A stretch of DNA of 54,689 nt from a bacterium (GCA_037445575.1 JBBIKH010000005.1:1-54689); one strand, 5' to 3'; shown: positions 41,530 through 51,890, counted from the first letter of the stretch. Made by a program: numbers and translations. Notes: a model not told the origin generated them from the sequence alone.

Positions 41530-42531
41530 TCAGAACGCGAAACTGAAGGTGAATTGATGGGTTGCGCCAAGATGGGCAAAATCCTTGAATGCATAGTCCA
41601 GCACCACGCGCGCGCCGGCCACGGGTAACAGGAGCCCCCCGCCTACGGTCAAACGCTCCTCGTCAAAATTGATCCGGTAGCCTCCGCGCAGACGGAGCCG
41701 CTGCAAGACCTCAAGCTCGAGACCGAGCACTGCGTTTTCCACGTTGTCCATCGGGTGGTTGATCTGCATGGCCGCCACGAGGTTGTAGTGCTCGGAGCTG
41801 TAAAGGTCACCAGCCACCCCTACGCGGAAGGTGGTCGGGGGCGCGAACGCTTCGTAGGCTTGTTCCTCCCACTCGCCCTGGACGTTTCTCTTCAAGTAGG
41901 AGCCCCGCGCCTCCAAGTCGGGGCCAAAGTTGACCAAGCTCACCGCGAAGCGCACTTTTCGGTACCCAGTCCAGTAGAAGGTGCCCAGGTCGATCATCCA
42001 TCCACCCATGCGCACGTCGGCCAGCACCTCGTCCACGTACTTTATGGACAGGCCGAAGGAGAAGCGGTTGGTCATCTTGCGCGCGTAGGTGAGGGCAGCA
42101 AAGGTGTCCTGAAAGCGGAAGTACTCGCCGGTGCCCGTGGGGTAGTATTCGTTGGTCACCTCCATGTCTGCCATGTGCAGCATGCCGAGGCTCAGGCCCA
42201 AGGTGCCGAAGCGCGGCAGATGGTGAACATAGCCCAGGAACTCGTATTGGATGTCAGCGGGCCAGGCGATATGGCTAAGGGCAAGATTGTTGTTGGCCAC
42301 CTGCGCCGCCCCGGCCGGATTCCAGTAGAGGACAGTGGCATCTCCTGCCAGGGCAGCGCCCGCGCCGCTCATGGCCACTGCCTGCGCGCCGACTTCAATT
42401 TTCAGGAACGTAGCAGAGGCGGTCCCAATGCGCTGGCCGCCCAGGAGCTGGAACGCTGCTTGCGCCCGCAGCTGTCCACCCGAGCAGAGCAGCAGGGCAA
42501 CGGCCGCAATCCACAATCGCCTCTGTTTCAT
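41530..42531 (-). CDS. PorV-like (PorV/PorQ family) outer-membrane beta-barrel protein
   Basis: Signal peptide MKQRRLWIAAVALLLCSGGQLRAQA. SATFLKIEVGAQAVAMSGAGAALAGDATVLYWNPAGAA matches the PorV N-terminal signature. C-terminal ...HQFTFSFAF. Confidence 0.7.
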   Translation of the reverse strand: MKQRRLWIAAVALLLCSGGQLRAQAAFQLLGGQRIGTASATFLKIEVGAQAVAMSGAGAALAGDATVLYWNPAGAAQVANNNLALSHIAWPADIQYEFLGYVHHLPRFGTLGLSLGMLHMADMEVTNEYYPTGTGEYFRFQDTFAALTYARKMTNRFSFGLSIKYVDEVLADVRMGGWMIDLGTFYWTGYRKVRFAVSLVNFGPDLEARGSYLKRNVQGEWEEQAYEAFAPPTTFRVGVAGDLYSSEHYNLVAAMQINHPMDNVENAVLGLELEVLQRLRLRGGYRINFDEERLTVGGGLLLPVAGARVVLDYAFKDFAHLGATHQFTFSFAF

Positions 42532-42566
42532 CTTCTTGCTACACATGCACAGTTCCAGCGCAGCGG

Positions 42567-45314
42567 TCAGAACCTGATCCCGACCCCCCATCGCACCGTC
42601 CGCGGCCAGCGGTACTTGGACGGATCGTAGATGGGATTGGGGCTTGGATTGATGTCGCGCGTGTAGCTCTTGGTCAAGATATCGCCGGGCCGGTACTCTC
42701 GCCCGGTGTACGGATTGATGATACGCGGAATCAACGCATTCAGGGCGTTCTCGATCTCAACCTGAAGATTCACCTCCAGGCCCTTGAGGCGGAAGTACTT
42801 GTAGCCACGCAGATCAAGCTGGTGCCAGGTGGGAGCAAGATTCGCGTAAGGGTGAGCTGTATCATAGATCTCACGCTCAAGATCAATGAGCCGAGTGTAG
42901 CGCTTGCCCGATTCCAATTCCCAGTGGGCGTTGATCCCCCATTTTTCCGGCAGACGCCAGCCGAATACTCTGAACCCCTGCTTCTCGCCCACGTGCAGAT
43001 TCAAGTCAAGCGTCAGGCGGATTGGCCTGTCCCACTCCAAAAAGTTCTCACGCAGCGGCTTCTCCGCCAACCTGCCCGCCTCCACCAGCAAATTGTCACT
43101 CGGCTTTGAGCTCTTCCCTTTACTCACCGCGTAGGTGAAGTTCAGGGTCCCAGTCAGGTAGCGAGCGTACCGTTGCCGCAGCCACAACTCGACCCCTTTC
43201 GAGCGGGCATAGTCCATGTTGAAGTACATCAGGTAACTGATGTTTCCCAGCCGCGGATTCTCCATCTGTACGCGCTCGGCCGTGGGATAGTCAAACATGT
43301 CCTTGTAGTAGGCCTTAAACTCCGCCACCAGGTTCTCGGTGAACTTGTGTTTGATTCCCAGCTCGTATGCCACCGTAGTCGTCGGGTTCAGGTTGGGGTT
43401 TCCGAACAACTGGTACGTAGCAGGCGAGGTTGACTTGAGCTTGGCGTACACGTACTGCCCTTGCGGGCGCTGCGAAAAGTGCCCGTAGTGAAAGTAGAGC
43501 ACATCGCGATCGGTCACCGGGTGGGAGATCCCCACGCGCGGGCTCAGATGCCCTTTGCCGCGCATGCCCAAGAAGGCAAAGGTGTCCTCATAAAATTTTT
43601 TCCGCGCCGCGCTCGAAATAATCACCGTCTCCGGGTCGTCGATCGCGTCTTGGACAAACTTGCCGGGGAACCAATAGTCGTACCGCAGCCCGACGTTGAC
43701 AATCATCCCTTCATAGGTGATGCGGTCCTGAAGATAAAAAGCACCAGCAGTGGAGTAGACGCGGTAAATGTCGTAGCTGCGGCCGTAACCGCTCTCGCTG
43801 ATCACCCAAGGATCAACGATGTCCACCACCTGCATGGTGGTATATTCGACTTCGAAACCGCCCTTCACCTGATGCTTGGGGTCAATCTGGCTGGTGAGAT
43901 GGCCCTTCAAGGTCCACGTGTCACTGAAGTAGTCGAACCACTGGCCATAGTCGCCATGGTCATAGAAACCATCACCGCGACGGATAACAATATCCCCGCT
44001 TGAGCCTGGCACATAGCGGACTGGCTCCAAGTCCAACTGCTCCACGTACTGGGACCAATGCTTGTTCTGCACCGCACTGTGCGTGGAGGTGAAAAAGTTC
44101 CCCGCCGTCAGCTCGTAGAAGGTCCGAGCTGATAACGTGTGCATCCACGTGGCGTTGGCCAGGATGCTCTCCGAAGTGAATGTGGGGTAATGATCAAGGT
44201 GCTTGCTGAACTCGTACGGGAAGTAGCGCCGGGAAATCACATAACGCCGGAAAAAGCCCTGGTTGATGCTCAGGGAGCGGTCATACGACAAGGAGAACTT
44301 TTGGTTGGGATTGACCTTCCAGGAGAGCTTGGCCAGCACGTGCCAATCGTTTTCCTCTCGCGGCGCAAACGGCTCCAGTCCGGTGCGACTCGGATACAGT
44401 CGTGACGCCTTCGGCAGGTAGGTATCAGAGATGTTCCCGTAGCCGGACAAAAAGAGGCTCACTGTTCCTGGGAAGCGCAACCCTATGGCCGGGAGGAGGT
44501 GTCTGGTGAGCAACTCCGGTCCGCCAAGATTGAACTCCACCACCTGCGTATTGTAACTCCGGAAGAGCCCAAAATTGGGTCGATCGGTCTTGACGGCAAG
44601 ACCGCCGCTGTAGGAGTCGCCACCCTCTTTGGTCACCACATCGATCACCCCCGACATGGCCTGGCCGTACTCGGCGTTAAAGCCACCGGTGATGACTTTC
44701 AGCTCCTTGATGGCATCGGCATTGACATACAAGGTGTTCCCATACCCGGAGAGGGGGTCTTTGATGGAGATGCCGTCGACGATGTACAGGCTCTCATCGG
44801 CGCGGCCACCCCGAATGTGGATCTCGTTGTCGGCCTTTACCACGCCCGCTTGCTGGGTGACAATGTCCTGCACGTTCTCCACGATGCGCTGGCGTATGTC
44901 CTCGGAACTAAAATGCACTTCTGATGCCGTCAGGTCCACCTGCAGCAAGGGCCGCTCCCCGACCACGACAATCTCCTGGCCGAACGCCAAAACTGACTGT
45001 TCCAGCTCAAAGTCGAGCACGACCTGTTGGCCAGGGGCCACCTTGACGCCGGTGCGCAGCTGGATCTTGTAGCCGATCATTGACGCCTGAATGTCGTATT
45101 GGCCAGGGCTGACCCGCTCGATAAGGTAGCGACCCTTTTCATCGGTGGCCGCACCCATGTAGGTCCCCTTCACCACCACATTCACCCCTGGCAGCGGGGC
45201 GCGCGTCTCCTTATCCACGACGGTGCCGACAATACTGCCCTTGCTGCGCTGCTGGGCAGCCAGCGCTGGGCAGCACAGGAGCAACACCGCCACTATGAAG
45301 CCCTTAGTCTTCAT
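42567..45314 (-). CDS. TonB-dependent receptor with carboxypeptidase-regulatory-like N-terminal domain
   Basis: GSIVGTVVDKETRAPLPGVNVVVKGT..., plug domain (IHIRGGRADESLYIVDGISIKDP), barrel ending in ...WGVGIRF. The ATG overlaps the upstream stop (ATGA). Confidence 0.9.
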   Translation of the reverse strand: MKTKGFIVAVLLLCCPALAAQQRSKGSIVGTVVDKETRAPLPGVNVVVKGTYMGAATDEKGRYLIERVSPGQYDIQASMIGYKIQLRTGVKVAPGQQVVLDFELEQSVLAFGQEIVVVGERPLLQVDLTASEVHFSSEDIRQRIVENVQDIVTQQAGVVKADNEIHIRGGRADESLYIVDGISIKDPLSGYGNTLYVNADAIKELKVITGGFNAEYGQAMSGVIDVVTKEGGDSYSGGLAVKTDRPNFGLFRSYNTQVVEFNLGGPELLTRHLLPAIGLRFPGTVSLFLSGYGNISDTYLPKASRLYPSRTGLEPFAPREENDWHVLAKLSWKVNPNQKFSLSYDRSLSINQGFFRRYVISRRYFPYEFSKHLDHYPTFTSESILANATWMHTLSARTFYELTAGNFFTSTHSAVQNKHWSQYVEQLDLEPVRYVPGSSGDIVIRRGDGFYDHGDYGQWFDYFSDTWTLKGHLTSQIDPKHQVKGGFEVEYTTMQVVDIVDPWVISESGYGRSYDIYRVYSTAGAFYLQDRITYEGMIVNVGLRYDYWFPGKFVQDAIDDPETVIISSAARKKFYEDTFAFLGMRGKGHLSPRVGISHPVTDRDVLYFHYGHFSQRPQGQYVYAKLKSTSPATYQLFGNPNLNPTTTVAYELGIKHKFTENLVAEFKAYYKDMFDYPTAERVQMENPRLGNISYLMYFNMDYARSKGVELWLRQRYARYLTGTLNFTYAVSKGKSSKPSDNLLVEAGRLAEKPLRENFLEWDRPIRLTLDLNLHVGEKQGFRVFGWRLPEKWGINAHWELESGKRYTRLIDLEREIYDTAHPYANLAPTWHQLDLRGYKYFRLKGLEVNLQVEIENALNALIPRIINPYTGREYRPGDILTKSYTRDINPSPNPIYDPSKYRWPRTVRWGVGIRF

Positions 45315-46822
45315 AGACCAAACTCTTCCCGCAAAATGTAGCGGAGGACCTCCTCGGCATTGCCGAAGCCATCGCAGTAATTGAAGGGCAGCGAAAAGTA
45401 GATGGAGCGCCCCTGCCCGATGCGGTAGCGGATACCCACCACCGGCGAGCCCTTGTAGGGCACGGCCACGCTTGCCGTGGAATCGGGCTCCATCCGCCAG
45501 ACCACCTCCGCACTCGGGCCCGGAACCAGCGCCGACACCCGATTGCCGATCAACTTGCCTACCTTCAGGGTCAACGCCGAGTCCCGCTCACTGTTGGTGA
45601 ACGAGGCCAGCACCCGCACCCCCGCCAGCAGTCGCCCACCCGGGTTAAGACGGAACACCGAGTCGATATCGGTGAAGGTCCAGGCAGTATCCGGCACTTC
45701 CTCGTTGGCATTGGTGATGAATACCTTCCCCCCGGCAGCGATGTACTGCGTGAGACTCAGGCCGGCTTGTGCCAGATTCGGCCGCCCCAGGTGCGAGAAC
45801 CAGATCACTGCCTTGAAGTAGCTCAAGTTGGCTTTGATGTCGGCAGTGGCGTAAGGGAGGCTGTTCTGGGGATTGATGACCGGCGTTCGCCACGTGCCGA
45901 TCTCCCACACGCTGTAGCCCCCTTCGCCAACAATGTTGCGCAGCAGCTGCTCATAGTAGCTCTGAACCTGATAGAGCGTCTGGTCCTGGGCAAAGTCATT
46001 CACCAACAGCACCTCACCCCGCGGTTCCTTCACCACCCAGGTGTTGGGCGTCTGAGGATCTGTCGGGTCAGGAAAAGAGATCACCTTGCTCTGCGCCCCG
46101 GCAATATCCTCAGCCTTGACGAAGAAACGATGACTACCCGGCGACAGCCCGGTGAGCGTCACGCTCCGCGCCGAACCGGGGAGCTCTTGCCACGTGCTGG
46201 TGTCGTCGATGGCGTAAAGTATCTTGACCACCGTTTCGTCGCCATCGGGGTCGCGCACATCCCACATGAAGGTGCGAGTGGGAAAGGTGTATGCCGTGAC
46301 GTTGGGGTTCCCTGGCGGCGCAGGGGGGTTGCTCCGATACCGAAACGCAATATCCGGCGGCGAATTGAACACCGGAAAGACCATGCTGGCCGGTGTGGGG
46401 TCCACGGCACTGTCATCGTCCACTGCCCACACGCGGAAGGTGAAACTGGCAAAGCGCGCGCGAATGGGGAGGTAGAAGGTATCGAACTCGGCAGTGGTCC
46501 ATTGCCGCTCCGACTGGAAATCCCACTGGATGTAATATCCCACCACCTCACCGTCGGCGTCCTCTCCCCACCAGTGCAGCACCTGCCGGCTGGCTGTGGT
46601 ATCCAGACCCACAATGACGGTGTCTGCCCCTTGTGGTGTCGGGATGAGCACCGTGTCTGGCTTGGTCGACAGGAACAGGAATGTCTCAGGCGCCATGTTG
46701 CCAAGGGGGCGGGATTGGCGCTCCTTGTGGAAGGGGTTCCTGTCGCAGCTGGCCACCGACAGAACGACAGCGAACCCTGCGCCGAGCAGCATCTGCCGCA
46801 CGATGTGAGGTAAGGACCTCAT
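45311..46822 (-). CDS. hypothetical lipoprotein (two Ig-like domains + C-terminal alpha/beta domain)
   Basis: ATG 46822 gives MRSLPHIVRQMLLGAGFAVVLSVASC, which contains a lipobox. HWWGEDADGEVVGYYIQWD and WDVRDPDGDETVVKILYAIDD Ig-like segments. The C-terminal region EVLLVNDFA...AVIWFSH...GGKVFITN suggests a ThuA/GATase1-like fold (inference). Confidence 0.65.
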   Translation of the reverse strand: MRSLPHIVRQMLLGAGFAVVLSVASCDRNPFHKERQSRPLGNMAPETFLFLSTKPDTVLIPTPQGADTVIVGLDTTASRQVLHWWGEDADGEVVGYYIQWDFQSERQWTTAEFDTFYLPIRARFASFTFRVWAVDDDSAVDPTPASMVFPVFNSPPDIAFRYRSNPPAPPGNPNVTAYTFPTRTFMWDVRDPDGDETVVKILYAIDDTSTWQELPGSARSVTLTGLSPGSHRFFVKAEDIAGAQSKVISFPDPTDPQTPNTWVVKEPRGEVLLVNDFAQDQTLYQVQSYYEQLLRNIVGEGGYSVWEIGTWRTPVINPQNSLPYATADIKANLSYFKAVIWFSHLGRPNLAQAGLSLTQYIAAGGKVFITNANEEVPDTAWTFTDIDSVFRLNPGGRLLAGVRVLASFTNSERDSALTLKVGKLIGNRVSALVPGPSAEVVWRMEPDSTASVAVPYKGSPVVGIRYRIGQGRSIYFSLPFNYCDGFGNAEEVLRYILREEFGL

Positions 46823-46890
46823 CCGGAACCCACCTCGCCTCGGCTCATCGGGAGCAACACCCTCATTGCCTGACACCAGGAGGTGCAAAG

Positions 46891-49572
46891 CTACCGAACC
46901 AGCACCATTTTCCGGGCCGCGATAAAGTCACCGGCCTTGATCCGGTAGATGTACACCCCCGCGGGGACTGCCTGCCCTCGTTCATCGGTTCCATCCCAAG
47001 GCAGGACATGACGACCCGGCGGCAGCGCCTCGTCCGCCACCGTCTTCACCTTCTGGCCGAGCAGGTTGTATACCACCACGGTCACCTGCTGCGCCGAAGG
47101 TATCTCGAAGTAGATCTTGGTGCCAGGATTGAAGGGATTGGGGAAATTCTGCTCTAAGCGGTACGTGTACACCGGAGGCACAAATCCGGGGTCGACACCC
47201 ACTGTCTGCCCAAAGTCGTTGGCATCCCGCACTTCGATCTTGTAGGTGCCAAAGCTGTAAATGAAGACGCCTTGGATACGATCCACCTTCTCCCCTGGGC
47301 GGATGGTGTCGCCAAAGGCCACCAGGTAGCCACCGCTCTGGTTGACGTAGAACTGATTGTTGGCGTCCTGGTCGCGCGCCAGCATAAAGTCCCCGTCCAC
47401 CAGGCAGGGGCCGCTGCCGTCGTCAAAGGTCACATCGTAGCGGTTCACACTCATCAACGTTGCATTCCTGATGCGCACCAGCACCCCTTCATAGGATTCC
47501 ACATCAGGGCTGGCCGCCGACAGCGTCCCTGTCGCCACCTCCACGGGATTGATCACATTGCCAGAGGAGGCCACCTCGTACGCGTCCGCCAGAAGCACAG
47601 TGTTGTTGTCCCATTTGTAGTGCCAGTCGGGGTTGTAGTCGGTCACTTTGCCGGTGACGGCCACCATGTCACCCCGCTTGAGGGTATTGGGGAGCCCAAA
47701 CACAAGGATGCCGCTCCACGGTTGCTCAGCGTCCTGAAGGGCATACGCCTTGAAGGTGCGGTTTGCAGAGCTGTCGGTGGTCACCACACCGGTGAGGGTT
47801 ACGGTGTAGCCCTCAAAGGGGGAGTCGGCAACAGCCCAAGGGGTGTATTGCACGTCCGCGATGCGCAGCAGACCATCGCGCACCACGTAGGAGAAGTGTT
47901 GACGGGCAGTATCAGAAGGGGTAAGGCTCTTCTGGCCAAGATTGTCCGTGGCCTCGATGAAGAAGCTGACAAAGCTGCCGTTTGGTTGCGGAGGTATCTG
48001 GCCCCGGTAGGTGTTGCCACTGGGGTTGGTCATGGTCACTCTCGTGTACCCGCCGGCATTCCCCTTGGCCAAGGGGTAGCCGCTGTCCACCCGATACAGG
48101 AGGGCCACCTCCGTGACCACTAGGTTGCTCAGGACATTGGCAGAGACCGAAACGGCGTCTGAGGATCGCGGGGCCGCCACGTTGCGCACTACATCGGTCA
48201 CCACCGGCGGAGCGCTCCCCCACTTGATGTCACTCATATAAAGGGGCTCAAGTTTGTAGGCCGTGCTATCGGTGTAATAGCCGTAATGATGGTACACCCA
48301 GCCACGAATGGAATCCGCCTGGGCGCCAACCGGGGGCCGTGGGTGCGCTCCGTAGTAGGTGTTCAGGCTGTCGGAGTCATCGTCCACCAATACGGCCCCA
48401 GACCCGTCGTCGACAGCAAACAGCTCATACTGCGGATTGTTCTTTGTGACCCTGACGTTTTTGACATAGACCATGCAATTGCCCCACTGCTCAGCTGTGA
48501 CCGGAAGACGTAGATCTCCGGTCCTCACGTAGTCTGGGGGTGGGAGGGGTTGGCCAATGCCCACGATATCAATGGGGCTGGTGATCCACAACTCGGTCAT
48601 GTTGCTCGGCCCGGTACGATATTCACCGATGTAGCCTGAGACCACAATCAGATCCCCCTCGAACAGATTGGGGTAAGCTGTGGAATCGGGATGATAGGAC
48701 AAGATCGCGCTCCACGGCCCGCCTTCGATCTCGCTCATGATGAATTTGACGCCGGCGCCGGCGTAGCTAAGCCCCGTCGGCATGGTCACCACGCCGCGCA
48801 CGGTTACCGTATCGCCCACCGCGTATGAGGTATCAGAGTACGTGTCCGTTGGCGCCAACAAGAGATCAGAGTTGCGCACCTGCTGTACGCGCTGGAGCCT
48901 GGTAAATCTGCCCCCCTCGACGATGTCCCACGCAAGACGGGGAGCAATGCTGAAAGCTCCTGAACCATAAAGGACGATGCCGGTCAACGACCGTATCGGT
49001 GCTCCCACCACTGGCGTGTAAAAGTACTTCGCTCTGGTGTCGATCAGGATGGCCCCGCTGCCGTCGTCGACCTTCCAGTTCTTGTAGGTGCCTATGTCTG
49101 TTTGCACCACGGTCACATTGGTGACTCTTACAAGGCACCCTTCGTAGGCTTCCGCGGCAACCTGGCCCGTGGTCACCTCCAAAGGGGGCGGCAGCTTTCT
49201 GTGCGTAGCGTGCCTGGTGAAGCTCGTCACGTCCTTTATCTGCGTCTGCCCGTAGTACTCATTGACGGTCCCGGTCACTGTGATGCTGTCCCCTTCAGCC
49301 ACCAAGGTCGCATTGTAGTGCACCTGAATCCCCGACCATGGTTCTGCAGCGTCTTGCATAAAGAAATAGGCGTTGGAGATGCCGCCGTTGTTGGGGTTAT
49401 CTCCGCGATGCTCGGCAGTGACGATGCCTGTCACTGTGACCACCTGGCCGTTCAAGGGCGACGCGCCCGTAGGATCGGTTGTGTACTGAATATCGCGGAT
49501 TCTGGTCTGGCCGTTCACCAATGTGGCCACCATCAGAGCTCCCGTGACGAGCGCCCACGCGATGCTTCTCAT
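46891..49572 (-). CDS. large secreted protein with three ~250-aa repeated beta-rich modules and a T9SS type-A C-terminal sorting domain
   Basis: Signal peptide. Modules begin IRDIQYTTDP..GQVVTVTGIVT, RVQQVRNSD..GDTVTVRGVVT, RIADVQYTPW..GYTVTLTGVVT. Each continues with PWSGI..., ...YEG.LVRV.N..., DDGSG. CTD LEQNFPNPFNPGTKIYFEIP...AGVYIYRIKAGDFIAARKMVLVR. Confidence 0.75.
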   Translation of the reverse strand: MRSIAWALVTGALMVATLVNGQTRIRDIQYTTDPTGASPLNGQVVTVTGIVTAEHRGDNPNNGGISNAYFFMQDAAEPWSGIQVHYNATLVAEGDSITVTGTVNEYYGQTQIKDVTSFTRHATHRKLPPPLEVTTGQVAAEAYEGCLVRVTNVTVVQTDIGTYKNWKVDDGSGAILIDTRAKYFYTPVVGAPIRSLTGIVLYGSGAFSIAPRLAWDIVEGGRFTRLQRVQQVRNSDLLLAPTDTYSDTSYAVGDTVTVRGVVTMPTGLSYAGAGVKFIMSEIEGGPWSAILSYHPDSTAYPNLFEGDLIVVSGYIGEYRTGPSNMTELWITSPIDIVGIGQPLPPPDYVRTGDLRLPVTAEQWGNCMVYVKNVRVTKNNPQYELFAVDDGSGAVLVDDDSDSLNTYYGAHPRPPVGAQADSIRGWVYHHYGYYTDSTAYKLEPLYMSDIKWGSAPPVVTDVVRNVAAPRSSDAVSVSANVLSNLVVTEVALLYRVDSGYPLAKGNAGGYTRVTMTNPSGNTYRGQIPPQPNGSFVSFFIEATDNLGQKSLTPSDTARQHFSYVVRDGLLRIADVQYTPWAVADSPFEGYTVTLTGVVTTDSSANRTFKAYALQDAEQPWSGILVFGLPNTLKRGDMVAVTGKVTDYNPDWHYKWDNNTVLLADAYEVASSGNVINPVEVATGTLSAASPDVESYEGVLVRIRNATLMSVNRYDVTFDDGSGPCLVDGDFMLARDQDANNQFYVNQSGGYLVAFGDTIRPGEKVDRIQGVFIYSFGTYKIEVRDANDFGQTVGVDPGFVPPVYTYRLEQNFPNPFNPGTKIYFEIPSAQQVTVVVYNLLGQKVKTVADEALPPGRHVLPWDGTDERGQAVPAGVYIYRIKAGDFIAARKMVLVR

Positions 49573-49603
49573 GTTCCGTTGCCTCCTCTGTTTCTTCCCC
49601 CGT

Positions 49604-51784
49604 TCATTTGATCACCAAGAACTTGCCCACAAAGATCTTGCCGCTCTTTTTGTCCTCCACCGTGTACAGATACAGCCCCGAGGCGATGGCCTGGTCATTG
49701 CGGGTGATCAGGTCCCACGCATGGAGTCCCCCAGGAAACGCCACTTGCTTGCCGCCTGTAGTGACCGCCACGCGGGCCACATCTTCGCCAGCGTAGTGCC
49801 GCCCGTCGTGGTGAATCTCGTCCACCAGATCGCCCGCCAGGGTGTAGATGCGAATCACCGCCTCCAGTGGCAAGTTCGCGAACCAGATCAATCGCTGGCG
49901 CTCACCGCTGCCGTCCCACAGCGCGCTGCCTCGGTACGGATTGGGGTAGACGTAGACCTTGAGTTCATCCTCGCTGGGTGGAGTGCCCGGGATGACATGG
50001 GTCAGGTTCTCATACAGGGAGCTTTCCAAGCTTGGCAGGTTGTTGGCAGGGTTCCCTCGGTCGAAGGCTGTCACGCTGTAGAAGTACCGGTCAGGCCACC
50101 CATCGTGCAGCATTTCGTTGACAAAACGATAGCGATACTGTCTGCCGTCAATCAACGTGTCGTGGCGGATAAGGTCCAATCCCGTGTCGTAACCGAGATT
50201 GTTCTTAAGATCGAACTGGGCAAGCAGGGAGAACTCCTCTTGGCTACCACGAGTCTTCGGCGACCCGTAAATCCGATACCCTTCAAAGTCGATCTCCCTG
50301 GTGATAGGATCTTCGGTCAGCTCCGGAAGATCGTCCCAGTACAGCTCCACGCGCCCGCGGCCTGGAACCACCAGCAGGCGCGGCGACGGAGGCGGCGAGG
50401 GCAAGATGTAGCGATCGAGCCTACCGTTATGCGCGTATATCCCCCGTTGCGGATTGTGGTACACGTCCTCATCGATATCCAAATGACCATCGCCATCAAG
50501 GTCCTCGCCGGGGTCCAAGATGCCATTGCCATTGAGGTCTTCGTCCACCACGTCCAAGCGGCCATCGCCATCCACGTCCTCGCCGTTGTAGGCGATCTGC
50601 GCCCAGTCGGAGTTCAGGCGGAGGTTCTTACGCCGCTCGGGACTGTCCGAGTCCCCTGGTCCCCAAAACCCGCACACCACGGCAAACACCGCATTGAGGG
50701 AGTCCCCAGGGGCAAGGTCCCCCAACGGACCCATTGACAGCAGGATCATCCAGCTGTCGGGCTGATCGGGCACCGGCGGGGGAGGCGTAGTGGCCATCTT
50801 CTGGTAGCGCTCTTCATCGTTGCGCGGCATGAAATAGTCGGGGAACTGGACGTTGGTGGCGGTGGCCCATTTCCACTGGTTATAGTTGACCTTGTACGTC
50901 GCTCGTGGCACAGAGGCGCCCAAGGCGCGAATACCGAGATAACTCTCCGCATAGCCGTTGTCGCCATCGGCATCGTACTGGTACGCCATGTTGTACTCCT
51001 CGTCGAAACCGTTGAGGTTATCGTACCAGGTAAAGCCGCCGCCTGGCTCGTAACGGCTAGTGTAGTTCATGTTGGCCACCGAGGCATCCACCCACAATCC
51101 CACGTGCACCTTCTCAATGGGATAGCGCGAGACGTTCTTGATGGTGTAGTTGAGAATCACAAAGGCGTCGGCAAACGAATAGTTCCAGGCGTAGGACTCC
51201 AAGTGGACGTCGATCCCCAAGGGGGTGTGCTCAAGGATCTCGATCTGCGTGCCCGGCACCCGGGTGTTGCGATCGGTAAAGTCGCACAAAAAGTCCTGGT
51301 GCGAGACGGCCGCAGGGTGAAAGTGGGGCGAAGTAATGATCGTGGAGCGGACGCGAACGGTGTCTGCCTCGTCAGGGGAGGTGGTGAACTCAAAGCCGGA
51401 TTCCCCATAGGTGAACACCCCATCCACGATAGCCGTGGACACCAGAGTTTTGTGTTCCCCTTGTGCACCGCCGATCCCGCCCACCCAGAGGCCGGCGTAG
51501 GAAAAGTGCTCGATGCGCTCCTTGTCCAACCGGGAGTGGAGTTTGTATTGGCAGGAGGGCTGCTCCTTGAGGGCCACCAAGTACCCTTGCCCCAGAACCC
51601 CGTAGTTGGTCACCGTGAGCCCCAGGTTACCCACGTTGTGAAAGTGGCGGTAGTCATCAATGGAGGGCTTGCCAACGGGCGAGGGGAGCTGTGGGGAGCG
51701 GGAAGGGAACTGCCCAGACGCCGGCATGACGGCCAGCGCCATAAAGATGCTCGTCCACAAGCAAGTGTACAACGTTCGCTTCAT
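49604..51784 (-). CDS. secreted protein with thrombospondin-type-3-like Ca-binding repeats and a T9SS-type C-terminal domain
   Basis: ATG 51784 gives MKRTLYTCLWTSIFMALAVMPASGQ. DVDGDGRLDVVDEDLNGNGILDPGEDLDGDGHLDIDED repeats. CTD VYVYPNPYRGS...ASGLYLYTVEDKKSGKIFVGKFLVIK. Confidence 0.7.
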   Translation of the reverse strand: MKRTLYTCLWTSIFMALAVMPASGQFPSRSPQLPSPVGKPSIDDYRHFHNVGNLGLTVTNYGVLGQGYLVALKEQPSCQYKLHSRLDKERIEHFSYAGLWVGGIGGAQGEHKTLVSTAIVDGVFTYGESGFEFTTSPDEADTVRVRSTIITSPHFHPAAVSHQDFLCDFTDRNTRVPGTQIEILEHTPLGIDVHLESYAWNYSFADAFVILNYTIKNVSRYPIEKVHVGLWVDASVANMNYTSRYEPGGGFTWYDNLNGFDEEYNMAYQYDADGDNGYAESYLGIRALGASVPRATYKVNYNQWKWATATNVQFPDYFMPRNDEERYQKMATTPPPPVPDQPDSWMILLSMGPLGDLAPGDSLNAVFAVVCGFWGPGDSDSPERRKNLRLNSDWAQIAYNGEDVDGDGRLDVVDEDLNGNGILDPGEDLDGDGHLDIDEDVYHNPQRGIYAHNGRLDRYILPSPPPSPRLLVVPGRGRVELYWDDLPELTEDPITREIDFEGYRIYGSPKTRGSQEEFSLLAQFDLKNNLGYDTGLDLIRHDTLIDGRQYRYRFVNEMLHDGWPDRYFYSVTAFDRGNPANNLPSLESSLYENLTHVIPGTPPSEDELKVYVYPNPYRGSALWDGSGERQRLIWFANLPLEAVIRIYTLAGDLVDEIHHDGRHYAGEDVARVAVTTGGKQVAFPGGLHAWDLITRNDQAIASGLYLYTVEDKKSGKIFVGKFLVIK

Positions 51785-51890
51785 GCGCTCGCCGGTGGAG
51801 GGTTCAGTACTCTTCCCGCAGGCCGGCAAGGCAGATGCTCATGGGGTCCCGCCTTGCCTCTCGACGGGGCAGCCTGCTGCTGCGCGTGCT

